DNA of 64,000 nucleotides from the NCBI GenBank assembly GCA_965140785.1, contig OZ223514.1:96001-160000 (forward strand), read 5' to 3'. This DNA is from an uncultured Ruficoccus sp. (GTDB taxonomy: Bacteria; Verrucomicrobiota; Verrucomicrobiia; Opitutales; Cerasicoccaceae). Within the stretch, counting starts at the first letter, position 1; each line of letters begins with the position of its first letter. The notes beneath the pieces are model-generated. The model was not told where the DNA came from and searched no databases. It was given only the letters and a program-made list of their open reading frames with translations. Position numbers and translations under genes: made by a program. Of the stretch, positions 33,483 to 43,633 are shown one piece after another.

Positions 33483-34369
33483 AAGCCCCCAGGAACCCCG
33501 GTCCCTCGGGCGGCTACTCCTTTATCTCGGCCTGTGACCGCACGCTGCCGCGCTGGCTGTTCGCGTCCATCATGGACACTGGGACGCTGGTGGCGTTCGC
33601 CCTGATGAAGACGCAGCGCCGGTATTCGCGCGAGTACCTGGAGGCGATCCTCAAGCGTCCGGTGAACCGACGGGACAGCTTCAGGCACTTCCGCGCCTTG
33701 GCTGACATGCTCATGCTCAAGCTGCGGGCCGGGCGCGGCGAGCCGGTGCCCATCCAGTGGGCGGATGAGGAAAACCGCCTGTGCGGTAGCCTCATTCACG
33801 GCGAAGAGCCGATCCTGCTGGGGACTTTTCACGTCGGGGCCTCGGACCTGCTCGGCTTCGGGCTGGAGCAGTTTGACCGGCCTATCTGCATGGTGCGCCA
33901 GCGGGTGGGCAATTCCGGGGATATCGACCGGCTGGTGCGGCAAAGCTCCTCTCAGGTCGAGGTCATGTGGGTCAACGCCGAGAACGAGATCATCTTTGGG
34001 CTGAAGGAAGCGCTGGAGGCGGGCAAGACCCTCGCCCTGCAATGCGACCGGCTGGAACACACCTCGAAGACCGCGGCCTTCGACTTTCTGGGGGCGCGGC
34101 GGCAGTTCCCGGTCACCATTTACCGGCTCGCCGCGCTCTACCGGCGCCCGGTCCTCTTCTGCCTGGCCCTGCCCGCCTCCGAAGGGGCGGGCTACCGGGT
34201 GCATACCTGTCGCCCCTTCGTCCCTGCCGGGCGCAGCCGCCGGGAGGACATCCGGGCCGGGCGGGAGCACTTTCAGGGCGTGTTGATTTGGCTGGAGGAA
34301 CACTTGCGCCGTCACCCCTTTCAGTGGTTTAATTTCTTACCCCTGAATCCGCCCGAATCCCCCTCCTGA
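33473..34369 (+). CDS. LpxL-like acyltransferase
   Basis: FHVGASD, LQCDR, FDFLG, HPFQWFNF. Confidence 0.8.
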   Translation: MDVKAPRNPGPSGGYSFISACDRTLPRWLFASIMDTGTLVAFALMKTQRRYSREYLEAILKRPVNRRDSFRHFRALADMLMLKLRAGRGEPVPIQWADEENRLCGSLIHGEEPILLGTFHVGASDLLGFGLEQFDRPICMVRQRVGNSGDIDRLVRQSSSQVEVMWVNAENEIIFGLKEALEAGKTLALQCDRLEHTSKTAAFDFLGARRQFPVTIYRLAALYRRPVLFCLALPASEGAGYRVHTCRPFVPAGRSRREDIRAGREHFQGVLIWLEEHLRRHPFQWFNFLPLNPPESPS

Positions 34370-34376
34370 TCCTCCG

Positions 34377-35159
34377 GTGCCCAACCTTTCTCCAAAAACC
34401 AAATCCGGCGCGTCTTCCCGCTACTGGCGGTATCTCGCGATGGTGATCCTGTTCGGGCTCTGGACCCTCGCGCTGAACCTCCTGTGTGCGATCGTTCTGC
34501 TGCTGGGGCTGGAAAAACGGCGGCCCGGCCGGGTGCGCCGTCTCCTGGCCGACTCCATGGGACGCTACACGCGGCTGCTCGCATGGACCGGGGTGGGGCG
34601 GGTACGCTTTGGTGACCTGCGCGCACGGCTCCCGGAGGGCCCCTGCCTGATCGTGGCCAACCACACCGGGCTGCTCGACGCGCTCTTTCTCATGGTTGAG
34701 CTGCCCCAGATGGTGTGTGTGTTCAAGTCCGACCTGCGGCGTAACCCGTTTTTCCGCTACATGGTCAGGGAGGGGGGCTTCATCGCCAACGACGATGGGT
34801 TGGAGTCCCTTCACGCGATGGAGAAGGCGCTGGACGCGGGCCGCCAGGTGCTGGTCTTTCCCGAGGGGACGCGCACGGTCGATCCGCCGCTGAATCGCTT
34901 CAAGGCCGGGTTCGCCTGGGTGGCCAAAAAGACGCGTGCCCCCGTCTGCGCCGTGCTCATCCGCAACCCGTCCGGCCTGCTGTGCAAGCGCGGCGGGTTC
35001 CTTTACCGCTATCACTTCCCCTTTACCTGCGAGTATCGATTTTTGGATACATTCCGCCCGGGTGAGGACGAGGCGCCCCCCGCCTTCGCCCGGCGGCTGG
35101 AGAACGTTTATCGCGAAGAGCTCGCCAAGGAGGACTTTTCCCAATGGCCGCCCCGATAG
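34377..35159 (+). CDS. Lysophospholipid (PlsC-like) acyltransferase
   Basis: ANHTGLLD and FPEGTR motifs. Confidence 0.88.
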   Translation: MPNLSPKTKSGASSRYWRYLAMVILFGLWTLALNLLCAIVLLLGLEKRRPGRVRRLLADSMGRYTRLLAWTGVGRVRFGDLRARLPEGPCLIVANHTGLLDALFLMVELPQMVCVFKSDLRRNPFFRYMVREGGFIANDDGLESLHAMEKALDAGRQVLVFPEGTRTVDPPLNRFKAGFAWVAKKTRAPVCAVLIRNPSGLLCKRGGFLYRYHFPFTCEYRFLDTFRPGEDEAPPAFARRLENVYREELAKEDFSQWPPR

Positions 35160-35443
35160 TCGAACACATCACCGTAACCGAGCGCAATGGCTGCTGCGAG
35201 GGGCACTTCCCGGGGCACCCCATCGTCCCGGCGGCGGCGCAGGTGCAGTGGGCGCTGGTCGCACTGGCGCGCGAAACAGGCACGAGCCAGCGCTGGGAGT
35301 TGCGCCAGGGGAAATTCCTGCGCGAGCTGCCGCCGGGGCGAACGGTGGAGCTGCGCCTGAACCCGGAGAAACGCGGCTGGCGCGCACAGGTGATTGACGC
35401 GCAGGGGGCCTATGCGGATATGCTGTGGGTGCCGCATGAATAA
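35144..35443 (+). CDS. Hotdog-fold dehydratase (ApeI-like)
   Basis: GHFPGHPIVP, KFLRELPPG. Confidence 0.78.
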   Translation: MAAPIVEHITVTERNGCCEGHFPGHPIVPAAAQVQWALVALARETGTSQRWELRQGKFLRELPPGRTVELRLNPEKRGWRAQVIDAQGAYADMLWVPHE

Positions 35444-36212
35444 CGCCACCACCCACGTGCTCGTCCTGCCCTCGTATAATACCGGGCCCATTCTTGAGCG
35501 CACCGTGCGCGAGGCTTTGCGACACTGGCAGCCGCTCTGGCTCTTTATCGACGGCTCGACCGACGGGGCGCACGCGGTCTTTTTGCAAGAGCCGGAAGCG
35601 TGGCCGGGGCTGCGGGTCTTTGTCAGTGACACCAACCGTGGCAAGGGCGCGACTGCGGCCTGGGCGGCGGATGAGGCGGCGCGGGGGGGCTTCACCCACC
35701 TGCTGCTCATGGACGCCGATGGGCAGCACCCCGCCGATTGTGTCCCGGCCCTGATGGAGCTTTCGCAAAAGCAGCCGGAGGCGCTCGTCATGGGGCAGCC
35801 GGACTTCGGCCCGGACGCGCCCTGGGTGCGGCTGGCCGGTCGGCAGCTCAGCATCGGGCTGACGCAGTTCGAGACGCTTTGGGGCGGGCTGGCCGATCCG
35901 CTCTTCGGTATGCGGGTGTATCCGGTCGAGCCGCTGCGGCGCGTGCTGGCGCAGACGAGCTTCGCCCGCCGCTACGACTTCGACCCGGAGGTGGCGGTGC
36001 GGCTGTTCTGGGCCGGGGTGCCGCCGGTGGCCCATCGGGTCCCGGTGCGTTACGTATCCGCCGAGGAGGGCGGAGTGAGCCACTTTCACTATCTGCGTGA
36101 CAACGCCTTTATGGTCTGGCTCCATATCAGACTCCTGCTCGCGTTTTTTCCACGATGCTTTTCCGTCGCCCGACTCAGCCGCCGCTTTCGCCGTCAACGC
36201 GACGGTGCGTGA
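35436..36212 (+). CDS. Glycosyltransferase family 2
   Basis: PSYN, DGSTDG, NRGKG, MDADGQH, FGMRVYP, SHFHYLRDN. Confidence 0.9.
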   Translation: MNNATTHVLVLPSYNTGPILERTVREALRHWQPLWLFIDGSTDGAHAVFLQEPEAWPGLRVFVSDTNRGKGATAAWAADEAARGGFTHLLLMDADGQHPADCVPALMELSQKQPEALVMGQPDFGPDAPWVRLAGRQLSIGLTQFETLWGGLADPLFGMRVYPVEPLRRVLAQTSFARRYDFDPEVAVRLFWAGVPPVAHRVPVRYVSAEEGGVSHFHYLRDNAFMVWLHIRLLLAFFPRCFSVARLSRRFRRQRDGA

Positions 36213-36859
36213 GCTTCCTGTTGCTGGGGGCGGTGCTGCTGGGCGCTTCCGCCCGGGCTGAAAAAACCACCACCGCGCTGGACTCGCCGCCGGTGGATAA
36301 ACAAACCTCCGCCTCGCCAGATTCTTCCGTCCCCGACTCCGCTGCCTCGCTGAAGGCCCTAGCCTGGCCGGACGGCGACCAGGTGGCGCGGGTGTCCTTC
36401 ACCGAGGAGCGGCAATTTCCGTTTCGCCGCTTCCCCAAGCGCTTCAGCGGCACGCTCGATCGCTCGCCCGAGGGCGAGCTGATCCTGGCCTACACGCAGC
36501 CCAACCGCGAGCGCCTGCTCCTGCTGAAGGACGGGATCTACTTCGAGGACAGCGAGGGGCAGCGCCGCAAACTGCCCGCCGAGGCCGGTTATGTGCGCGT
36601 GCTGCGCGACCTGATCGGCGGCGACCAGGAGGCGCTGCGGCAGGACTGGCGAACGGAGCCGCGGCCGGACGGCTTCGCCCTCTACCCGAAATCCCCGCAG
36701 ATGGACCGTGCGCTCAAGCGGGTCGAGGTCACGGTGGACGAGGGCCGGGTGCGCACGGTGCAGGTTTTTCTCAGTGACGGGGTGGAGCGCCGCTACAGTT
36801 TCGGTCCGCTGAGCTGGGTGCCCCCGGCGCAGTTCGGCCAACCCCCGCCGCAGCCATGA
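36209..36859 (+). CDS. LolA-like periplasmic lipid carrier
   Basis: Signal peptide; FTEER..FSGTL..YTQP beta-strand pattern; operon context next to MMPL. Confidence 0.7.
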   Translation: MSFLLLGAVLLGASARAEKTTTALDSPPVDKQTSASPDSSVPDSAASLKALAWPDGDQVARVSFTEERQFPFRRFPKRFSGTLDRSPEGELILAYTQPNRERLLLLKDGIYFEDSEGQRRKLPAEAGYVRVLRDLIGGDQEALRQDWRTEPRPDGFALYPKSPQMDRALKRVEVTVDEGRVRTVQVFLSDGVERRYSFGPLSWVPPAQFGQPPPQP

Positions 36860-39186
36860 GCGGGGAAAAAGCCAGTCCCGCCCGCCGCGTGCTGACCGTG
36901 GCCATGGCCGCGCTTGTGCTGCTGGTCCTCCCGGCGCTTTACCTGCTGACGCGTGACTGGCATCGTGCGCTCAACGAGGACATCCGCGCCTCCATCCCCG
37001 AACTGGCCGAGTCGCCCCAGGCGCGAAAAATCCGGCAGGAGCTTCAGGGACAGGCCACCAACAGCGTGCTGCTCAAGGTCACCGTGCCGGGCGCGGAAAC
37101 GGACACCGTCCGCGCAGCCATCCGCGAAGCCGCCGCCGCGCAACCGGTTTGGGGCCAGGTGTTTTTCCCGGGTGACACGGATGCCATGAAAGAGCTGGGC
37201 CGCTTCATCTACGAGCACCGCGAAACACTCTTCGCGCCCGGCTGGCTGCAAGTTCACTGGCAACGCTTTCAGACCACCGGCCAGCCGCCGGCGGATTTTT
37301 CCAGTTGGCTGGCGCGGCAGACGGTGGCTGAGTTGGACGCCTTTCTCAGCCGATCCGAGGCGACCGCCTACAGCGAGCTGATCCCGAAGGACCCCTGGCT
37401 GCTCATCCCGCAGGCGCGTGAGGCCCTGCCCGAGACCACGATGAGCGACAGTGACGCCGTGCTGGCCTGGCTGCCGGCGCAGGTGGATGCCCTCAGCCCT
37501 GCCGGGCAGCAGGAGATCGCCCGCTCGCTCAGTACGCTGGAGGATGCCCTGCGCCAGCGCTGGCCGCAGGCGCGGATCGAGAGTGGCGGGGTTTATGAAA
37601 TCGCCGAGCGGACCGAGGCGCTGACCCGCCGGGTGGTCATGATGATGAATGTCTACATGGGGCTGGCGATCTTTCTGCTGCTGGCGCTGCTCCTGCGGCG
37701 CGTGGCGAACCTCCTGCTGGTGTTGATCCCGCTGGCGGCGGCTGTGCTGTGCTCGACCGCGGCGGGGCTGCTTGTTTTTGGGGAGATCCACGCGCTTGCT
37801 CTGGGGATTGCCAGCGTGGTGTTGGGGCTGGCGGTGGACTACACCGTGCACCTGGTGGCCAACCGTCAGGGAAGCGAGCCGCTGGCCGCCTGGCGGCGTA
37901 TTCGAAAACCACTACTGGCCGGCTGCCTCTCCTCGTGCCTGGGTCTGTTCTTTCTGTGGCTGGCTCCGCTCCCGGCCATCCGGCAGGTCGGGCTGATGGT
38001 GCCCGCCGGGCTGCTCGCCGCGCTGGCGGCGGTGCGCTGGATCCTGCCCTACCTGTTGCCGGGCGGGGACGAGGCTCCGCTGCGCAAGCCGCTTTACCTG
38101 AACCGTAAGCGTCCCGTTGCCCGCGTCTGGTTCTGCCTGCCGCTGGCCCTGTGGCTCGGCGCATCGCTCGTGCTGGCCGTCAGCCTGAGTTTCGACGACG
38201 AGATCGACAGCTATCAGATTCCGGTCGGCGGTGCCATGGAGCGCTATCAGGAACTGCTCAAAGAGTTCGGGCAAGGCCGGGAGGAGATCCAGAGCCGGTG
38301 GTTTACCTTCGCGGACTCGCCGGTGGCGCTGCTCGAAAACCTCAACCAGGTGCGCGCCCAGGGCGTGGAGCTGGCCGGTCCGGCCTCGCTGCTGGGGCGG
38401 GCGCAGGGCAGCGAAGCGTGGGCGGTGTTCAAGCCGCAGCGCGAGGCTTATGGCGCGGCGCTATTGGAGGAGCTTGAGGCGCAGGGTTTCGAGGCGGATG
38501 CCTTTGAGGATTTTACCGAGAGCCTGGAGGAACTGCCGGAGCAGGTTGCTGACCCGGCGGCGGATGCGGCGATCCGCGAACTGGCCGGACGCTTGCAGGG
38601 CCCCCTGCGAGGGGCGCTGATGACGGACGGGACGAACTGGGTCGGCACCTTCGGGGTCAAGGACCGGGTGCGCGTGCCCCCCGCGCTGGAGGAAACCGCC
38701 CATGTGCTGGATGAACGGGTGGAGCTCAATCACGCCCTGGCCGCGTCGCGGCGCGTGGTCCTGCGCAACGCCCTGTGGGGCATCCTTGTTGTGGGGGCTG
38801 TGCTCTGCGGCGTTTTCGGCTGGCGGCAGGGGTTGGCCGTGGCGTTACTGCCGGTGTGGGCGGTCACGCTCGGGCTGGCCGTGACGCTGATGTTGACGAA
38901 TGGCCTCAGCCTGCTGGCCGTGATTGGCGCGGTGCTGGCCTATTGCCTCGGATTGGACTACGGGGCCTTTGCCGTGCATTTTCGCGGGCAGGCGCCGGTC
39001 TCCGTCCGGGTGTCGGCGCTGACGACGGCGAGCGCGTTCGCGGTGCTGGCCTTCAGCCCGATCAAGGCCGTCGGCGACCTGGGGATCGTGGTGGCCGCTT
39101 CGGTTCTGTTTGCCTGGCTGGGGGCCGAACTCCTGGGGTTGCCACGGCGCGGCTCCTCCGCGCAAGATGACGTGAACGATGTCTGA
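36856..39186 (+). CDS. MMPL/RND-family lipid exporter
   Basis: Two TM bundles with GLAVDY and LGLDYG motifs and two periplasmic loops. Confidence 0.85.
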   Translation: MSGEKASPARRVLTVAMAALVLLVLPALYLLTRDWHRALNEDIRASIPELAESPQARKIRQELQGQATNSVLLKVTVPGAETDTVRAAIREAAAAQPVWGQVFFPGDTDAMKELGRFIYEHRETLFAPGWLQVHWQRFQTTGQPPADFSSWLARQTVAELDAFLSRSEATAYSELIPKDPWLLIPQAREALPETTMSDSDAVLAWLPAQVDALSPAGQQEIARSLSTLEDALRQRWPQARIESGGVYEIAERTEALTRRVVMMMNVYMGLAIFLLLALLLRRVANLLLVLIPLAAAVLCSTAAGLLVFGEIHALALGIASVVLGLAVDYTVHLVANRQGSEPLAAWRRIRKPLLAGCLSSCLGLFFLWLAPLPAIRQVGLMVPAGLLAALAAVRWILPYLLPGGDEAPLRKPLYLNRKRPVARVWFCLPLALWLGASLVLAVSLSFDDEIDSYQIPVGGAMERYQELLKEFGQGREEIQSRWFTFADSPVALLENLNQVRAQGVELAGPASLLGRAQGSEAWAVFKPQREAYGAALLEELEAQGFEADAFEDFTESLEELPEQVADPAADAAIRELAGRLQGPLRGALMTDGTNWVGTFGVKDRVRVPPALEETAHVLDERVELNHALAASRRVVLRNALWGILVVGAVLCGVFGWRQGLAVALLPVWAVTLGLAVTLMLTNGLSLLAVIGAVLAYCLGLDYGAFAVHFRGQAPVSVRVSALTTASAFAVLAFSPIKAVGDLGIVVAASVLFAWLGAELLGLPRRGSSAQDDVNDV

Positions 39187-39598
39187 GCCTTTCCCATCTG
39201 TCGAGGAGTTGATCCCGCATCGCGGCCCGATGTGCCTGCTGCGGCGTATCCTCGCGCTCGATGAGTCCTCGGTGATGGCGGAGACCGTGATTGAGCCGGG
39301 GGCGGTCATTTTAAACTCCGCCCCAGGGACGCAGGCCTGGTCGATCGAGATTGTTGCTCAGGCTGCTGCGGCGTTCATCGGCTGGCATCACCGCGAGCGC
39401 GGCTGGCGTTCGGGCCGCCTGATCAAGGTCGCCCGCTGGGAGATGCTCTCGGGTTCGTTGCCGCTCGGTGAGCCGTTGAAGGTGTATTCAAAACTGGATA
39501 CGTGGAGCGAAACCGGTGTTTTCCGCTTCGAGGGTAAACTGGAAAGCCCGACCGGCGCGCGGCTCGCCGGCGGGCAATTGACCATCCTCGCCTCATGA
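39179..39598 (+). CDS. Hotdog-fold dehydratase (ApeP-like)
   Basis: LIPHRGPMCLL, IEIVAQAAAA. Confidence 0.8.
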   Translation: MSEPFPSVEELIPHRGPMCLLRRILALDESSVMAETVIEPGAVILNSAPGTQAWSIEIVAQAAAAFIGWHHRERGWRSGRLIKVARWEMLSGSLPLGEPLKVYSKLDTWSETGVFRFEGKLESPTGARLAGGQLTILAS

Positions 39599-40938
39599 GC
39601 CGCGACCCCGACAACGCGCCCCTGCAAGCGGCCTGGGAGCGGGTCCGCGAGCGTCTGGCGGATCGACCCGCCGTGATGGATGCGGCCACGGGCGGGACGG
39701 TGAATTTTGCCGAGCTGGAACAACTCGCCCGTGCCTGGGAGGAACGCCTGCGCCCCTACGCCTTGCGGCGGCGGGCGGTGACGATGCGCCTGCCCAACGG
39801 CGCGGAGTGGCTGGCGGCTTTTCTCGCCCTGCGCCGGGCGGGGGCAGTTGTTGCCCCTCTCGACCGCGCCGCGCCGTCGGAGGAACTGACCGTGGCCAAC
39901 GCATTGCTGGACACGGTGCTGGAGGTGACCGAGGCGGGTATACGGGCCATGCCGGGCCAGCGCCGCTGGAAGCGTGACCTCGCGCTGGTCAAGTTGACCT
40001 CCGGCTCGACCGGCGCGCCCAAGCCGATCGCCTTTAACGAGTCGGAGCTGTACGCCGACGCGGCCAACATTCTGGCGACGATGGGCTTTGACGGGCGCGA
40101 TACGAATTTCGCGCTCCTGCCCTTCGCGCATTCCTACGCGCTGGGGAATCTGGTGGTGCCACTGCTGGCGCATGGCGTGCCGGTGGCAATCGGCAGCGGA
40201 GCTTTTCCCCACGTGATCGCCGAGGAGGTGGCCCGCAGTGGGGCGACCGTGCTGCCCACCGTTCCGGCGGTGCTGGAGGGATTGGCCCGGGCCGGGGAGA
40301 TTTCCCTCGCCCCCTTGCGGCTGATTATCTCGGCGGCGGCGCCGCTGTCGCCGGATCTGGCTAAACGTTTCTACGCGGCGACGGGGCTGCGCGTGCACAA
40401 TTTTTACGGTTCCAGCGAGACGGGCGGCATCGCCTATGACCGCGACGGCCGGGCCGGGCTGAGTGGCGAATCGGTCGGGACGGCCATGGACGGCGTCCGG
40501 CTGGAAAGAACGCCCGAGGGTCGCCTGCGGGTGATCTCGGCCGCCGTCAGCGGCTACGGGCGTCGCCGGGACAAGGGCCGGGCGGCCATTGTTTTGGCCG
40601 ATCAGGTGAGCTTCCGCGAAGGGGGCGCCCTGGTCATCCATGGCCGGGCGGACCGGATCGTGAAATGCGCGGGCGTGCGGCTCGACTTGACGCGGGTGGA
40701 GCAGGTGGCCGTGAGCGACAAAGAGGTGCGGCAGGCGGCGGCCTTTTATGAGCCCAGGGGCGAACGGGTCTTTCTGGCCTACGCGGGAAACCTCGGGCCG
40801 GAGGCGATGTTACTCGGATTAAAGGCCGCTTTCCCCCGGCTGGGGCGTCGGCTGCACGCCCGCCGCTTGGAGGCCCTGCCGCTCACCGCTCGTGGGAAAA
40901 TCGACCTGCGAGCCCTGCGCCGGGCGCTGGTGGATTGA
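39595..40938 (+). CDS. AMP-binding acyl/aryl-CoA(ACP) ligase
   Basis: LTSGSTGAPK, FYGSSETGG, GRADRIVK, TARGKID. Confidence 0.9.
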   Translation: MSRDPDNAPLQAAWERVRERLADRPAVMDAATGGTVNFAELEQLARAWEERLRPYALRRRAVTMRLPNGAEWLAAFLALRRAGAVVAPLDRAAPSEELTVANALLDTVLEVTEAGIRAMPGQRRWKRDLALVKLTSGSTGAPKPIAFNESELYADAANILATMGFDGRDTNFALLPFAHSYALGNLVVPLLAHGVPVAIGSGAFPHVIAEEVARSGATVLPTVPAVLEGLARAGEISLAPLRLIISAAAPLSPDLAKRFYAATGLRVHNFYGSSETGGIAYDRDGRAGLSGESVGTAMDGVRLERTPEGRLRVISAAVSGYGRRRDKGRAAIVLADQVSFREGGALVIHGRADRIVKCAGVRLDLTRVEQVAVSDKEVRQAAAFYEPRGERVFLAYAGNLGPEAMLLGLKAAFPRLGRRLHARRLEALPLTARGKIDLRALRRALVD

Positions 40939-41049
40939 GGCTTGGTAGCCGAGGCCCGGCCCGTCCGCACAGGATAGGCGAACGGGCCGGGTGATTGGGC
41001 TATCGCGGTTACGCGTACGGAGAGAATGGGCGGGAGGAGAATCGCGGGG

Positions 41050-41847
41050 TCAGCAGTACCGGCGCCGGAGCAGCGCGAGGGCGAGGGTGCTGATACCACC
41101 AAGAGCCGCCCAGGTGGAGGGCTCCGGCACGAGGTAAAAGGCACCCACTGCGTCGAGGTCGAAGCCCGCGCTGCCGCTCGTGGGGTAGGGGTCGTAAATG
41201 ACGTGCCCGTCGGAATCGTATTCGCTGCCGTCGCCGATCACGTCCACGATCCGGACGTACCCGATGCTGTTCAGGTCGAGAAATTCATACCCGTCCTGAC
41301 CGGCCAGGTCCGACAGGTCAAAGGGGGTGCCGTAGCCGCCCCGGTACTTGCCCGCGAAGCCGTCGATATCGGTCGCGTCCACATTTCCGAAGGCACCCAC
41401 CGGGCCCTCGGTCAGGCTGTGGGTGGCAAAGCGCACGAAGTTCTCCCCGTCGCTGGAGACCTCGACGTAGCCGAGCTCCAGAAAGGTATCGCTAAAGCTG
41501 TTTTCGAAGATGGCAAAGTCGTAGCCGTCCCCGTTGTAGAGGGCGTTATCAAAGGTCAGCGTGATCGATCCTCCCCGCCCGACGCAGACGATGCTGTTGT
41601 CGACGGTGCCGAGCCCGTGGTCCGGTGTCTGATAGGAGGCGGTGACGTTGGTGCCCGGGGAATACTCGTACCCGCTGGCCCAGCCGACGAAGTCCGAGCT
41701 GGTCTTGTTGATGGCCGTGGTATCGACGGAGCCGACCGGACCGGCGTAAATACCGGCACTCAGCGTGGAGGCGGTGGCTAGTAGAATACCAAAGGCTGCG
41801 CCTGTGCGCAGTTGCGGGAAGTTCAGGTGATGTCTTTCTAATGGCAT
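41050..41847 (-). CDS. PEP-CTERM surface protein
   Basis: Signal peptide; [18 protein letters not shown]-terminal [12 protein letters not shown]...LLRRR. Confidence 0.88.
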   Translation of the reverse strand: MPLERHHLNFPQLRTGAAFGILLATASTLSAGIYAGPVGSVDTTAINKTSSDFVGWASGYEYSPGTNVTASYQTPDHGLGTVDNSIVCVGRGGSITLTFDNALYNGDGYDFAIFENSFSDTFLELGYVEVSSDGENFVRFATHSLTEGPVGAFGNVDATDIDGFAGKYRGGYGTPFDLSDLAGQDGYEFLDLNSIGYVRIVDVIGDGSEYDSDGHVIYDPYPTSGSAGFDLDAVGAFYLVPEPSTWAALGGISTLALALLRRRYC

Positions 41848-41900
41848 AGTTGTGTCAACTATCCATGCGCGACGGCGAGGGTGTTTGTCCAGCTTTTTAT

Positions 41901-41916
41901 TGGCATATTTATGCCA
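41901..41916. promoter_or_regulatory. Palindromic putative operator between the PEP-CTERM gene and purH
   Basis: TGGCATA-TT-TATGCCA, perfect 7-bp arms in an AT-rich divergent intergenic region. Confidence 0.45.
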
Positions 41917-42008
41917 TTAATAAGGCAAATTAAAATTGGAAGCGTGCCCGGTGGGGGCGGATCGCCTTTTGACTTGCCCCGAAGGCGCGGCCCGGCAGGG
42001 TAAAACGG

Positions 42009-43551
42009 ATGAGTAAATGGGCGCTAATTTCGGTCAGCGATAAAACCGGCCTCGTGGATTTTGCGAAGGGCCTCGTCGAGCAGCACGGCTACGGCATTCT
42101 CTCCACCGGGGGGACGGCCAAGCTCCTGCGGGAGCACGGGCTCCCCGTCACGGATGTGAGCGAGTACACGGGCTTCCCCGAGATGATGGAGGGCCGGATC
42201 AAGACCCTGCACCCGAAGGTCCACGGCGGCCTGCTGTGCCGCCGCGACAAGGACGACCACCTCGCCCAGGCCAAGGAGCACGGCATCGACATGATCGACC
42301 TGGTCTGCGTCAACTTGTACCCCTTCGAGGAAACCGTCGCCCGCCGCGACTGCACCTTTGAGGAAGCCATTGAGAACATCGACATCGGCGGCCCCTCCAT
42401 GCTCCGCAGTGCGGCCAAGAACCACGCCAGCGTGACCGTGGTCTGTGACGCGGCGGACTACACGCCCGTGCTGGAGGCTCTCGCCACCGGCGGCGACGCG
42501 CTGACGATCCTGCGCCGCAAGCTCGCCCTCAAGGTTTTCCAACGCACCTCCTCCTACGACGGGGCCATCGCCACCTATCTGGAGGGCCAGGTCTCCGAGG
42601 GCGCGAACATCGGCTTGCCCGAGCGCCTGAGCCTGGAAATGCCGCTGGCGCAAAAGCTGCGCTACGGCGAGAACCCGCACCAGCAGGCCGCGCTCTACGG
42701 GCGCTTCCACGAGTGCTTCGAGCAGCTTCAGGGCAAGGAACTTTCCTACAACAACATCATCGACATCACCGCCGCCACTTACCTGATCGGCGAGTTTGAG
42801 AAGCCCACCGTGGCCATCCTCAAGCACACCAATCCCTGCGGCGTGGCCAGCGAGATGGAACTCATCACGTGCTGGGAACAGGCCTTCGAGACAGACAAGC
42901 AGGCGCCCTTCGGCGGCATCATCGTGACCAACCGCACCATCGACGCCGACCTGGCCAAGACCATTGCCGGCATCTTCTGCGAGGTCATCATCGCCCCCGA
43001 GTTTACGCCCGAGGCGCGCGAGATTTTTTGGCAAAAAGAAAAACCTGCGCCTGATGATCGCCCGCGATTACCTCGGGGCCGATTCGCTTCAGGAGGTCAA
43101 GTCCGTCGTCGGCGGTTTCCTGCTCCAGGACCGCGACCAGTACCCGGACAAGCCCGCCGACTGGAAGGTCGTGACCGAGCGCCAGCCCACCGAGGAGGAA
43201 TGGGCCGCCCTGCGCTTTGGCTGGAAAGTCGTCAAGCACGTCAAGTCCAACGCTATCGTGTACGCCTCCGCCGAGCGCACGCTGGGCATCGGCGCCGGGC
43301 AGATGAGCCGCGTGGACAGCTCGCAGATCGCCGTGTGGAAGGCGGGCGAAGCCGGCCTCTCGCTCAAGGGCTCCATCGTCGCCTCCGACGCGTTCTTCCC
43401 CTTCCCCGACGGCCTCATCGCCGCCGCCGAGGCCGGGGCCACCGCCGCCATCCAGCCGGGCGGCTCCGTCCGCGACGAGGAGGTCATCAAGGCCGCCAAC
43501 GAACGCGGCCTGGCCATGGTCTTCACCGGCAAACGGCACTTTAAGCACTAA
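42009..43551 (+). CDS. purH: Bifunctional AICAR transformylase/IMP cyclohydrolase (frameshift at T/A runs ~43025-43043)
   Basis: [55 protein letters not shown]. Confidence 0.95.
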
Positions 43552-43633
43552 TCCTCGTAGGGCCATCTAAGCGCCTATGCTTAGGGCAGTGTCTGTGAGC
43601 GCAGACGGAGGGGCTGAACAAATAAGCCGGAAG

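Noticed and set aside
41901..41916. Sigma-54 promoter (TGGCA...TGC)
   Set aside because: GG-to-GC spacing is 9 bp on both strands, not the required 10.
43020..43045. Programmed ribosomal frameshift in purH at the T/A runs
   Set aside because: One of many similar indels in the window; sequencing error is the simpler explanation.
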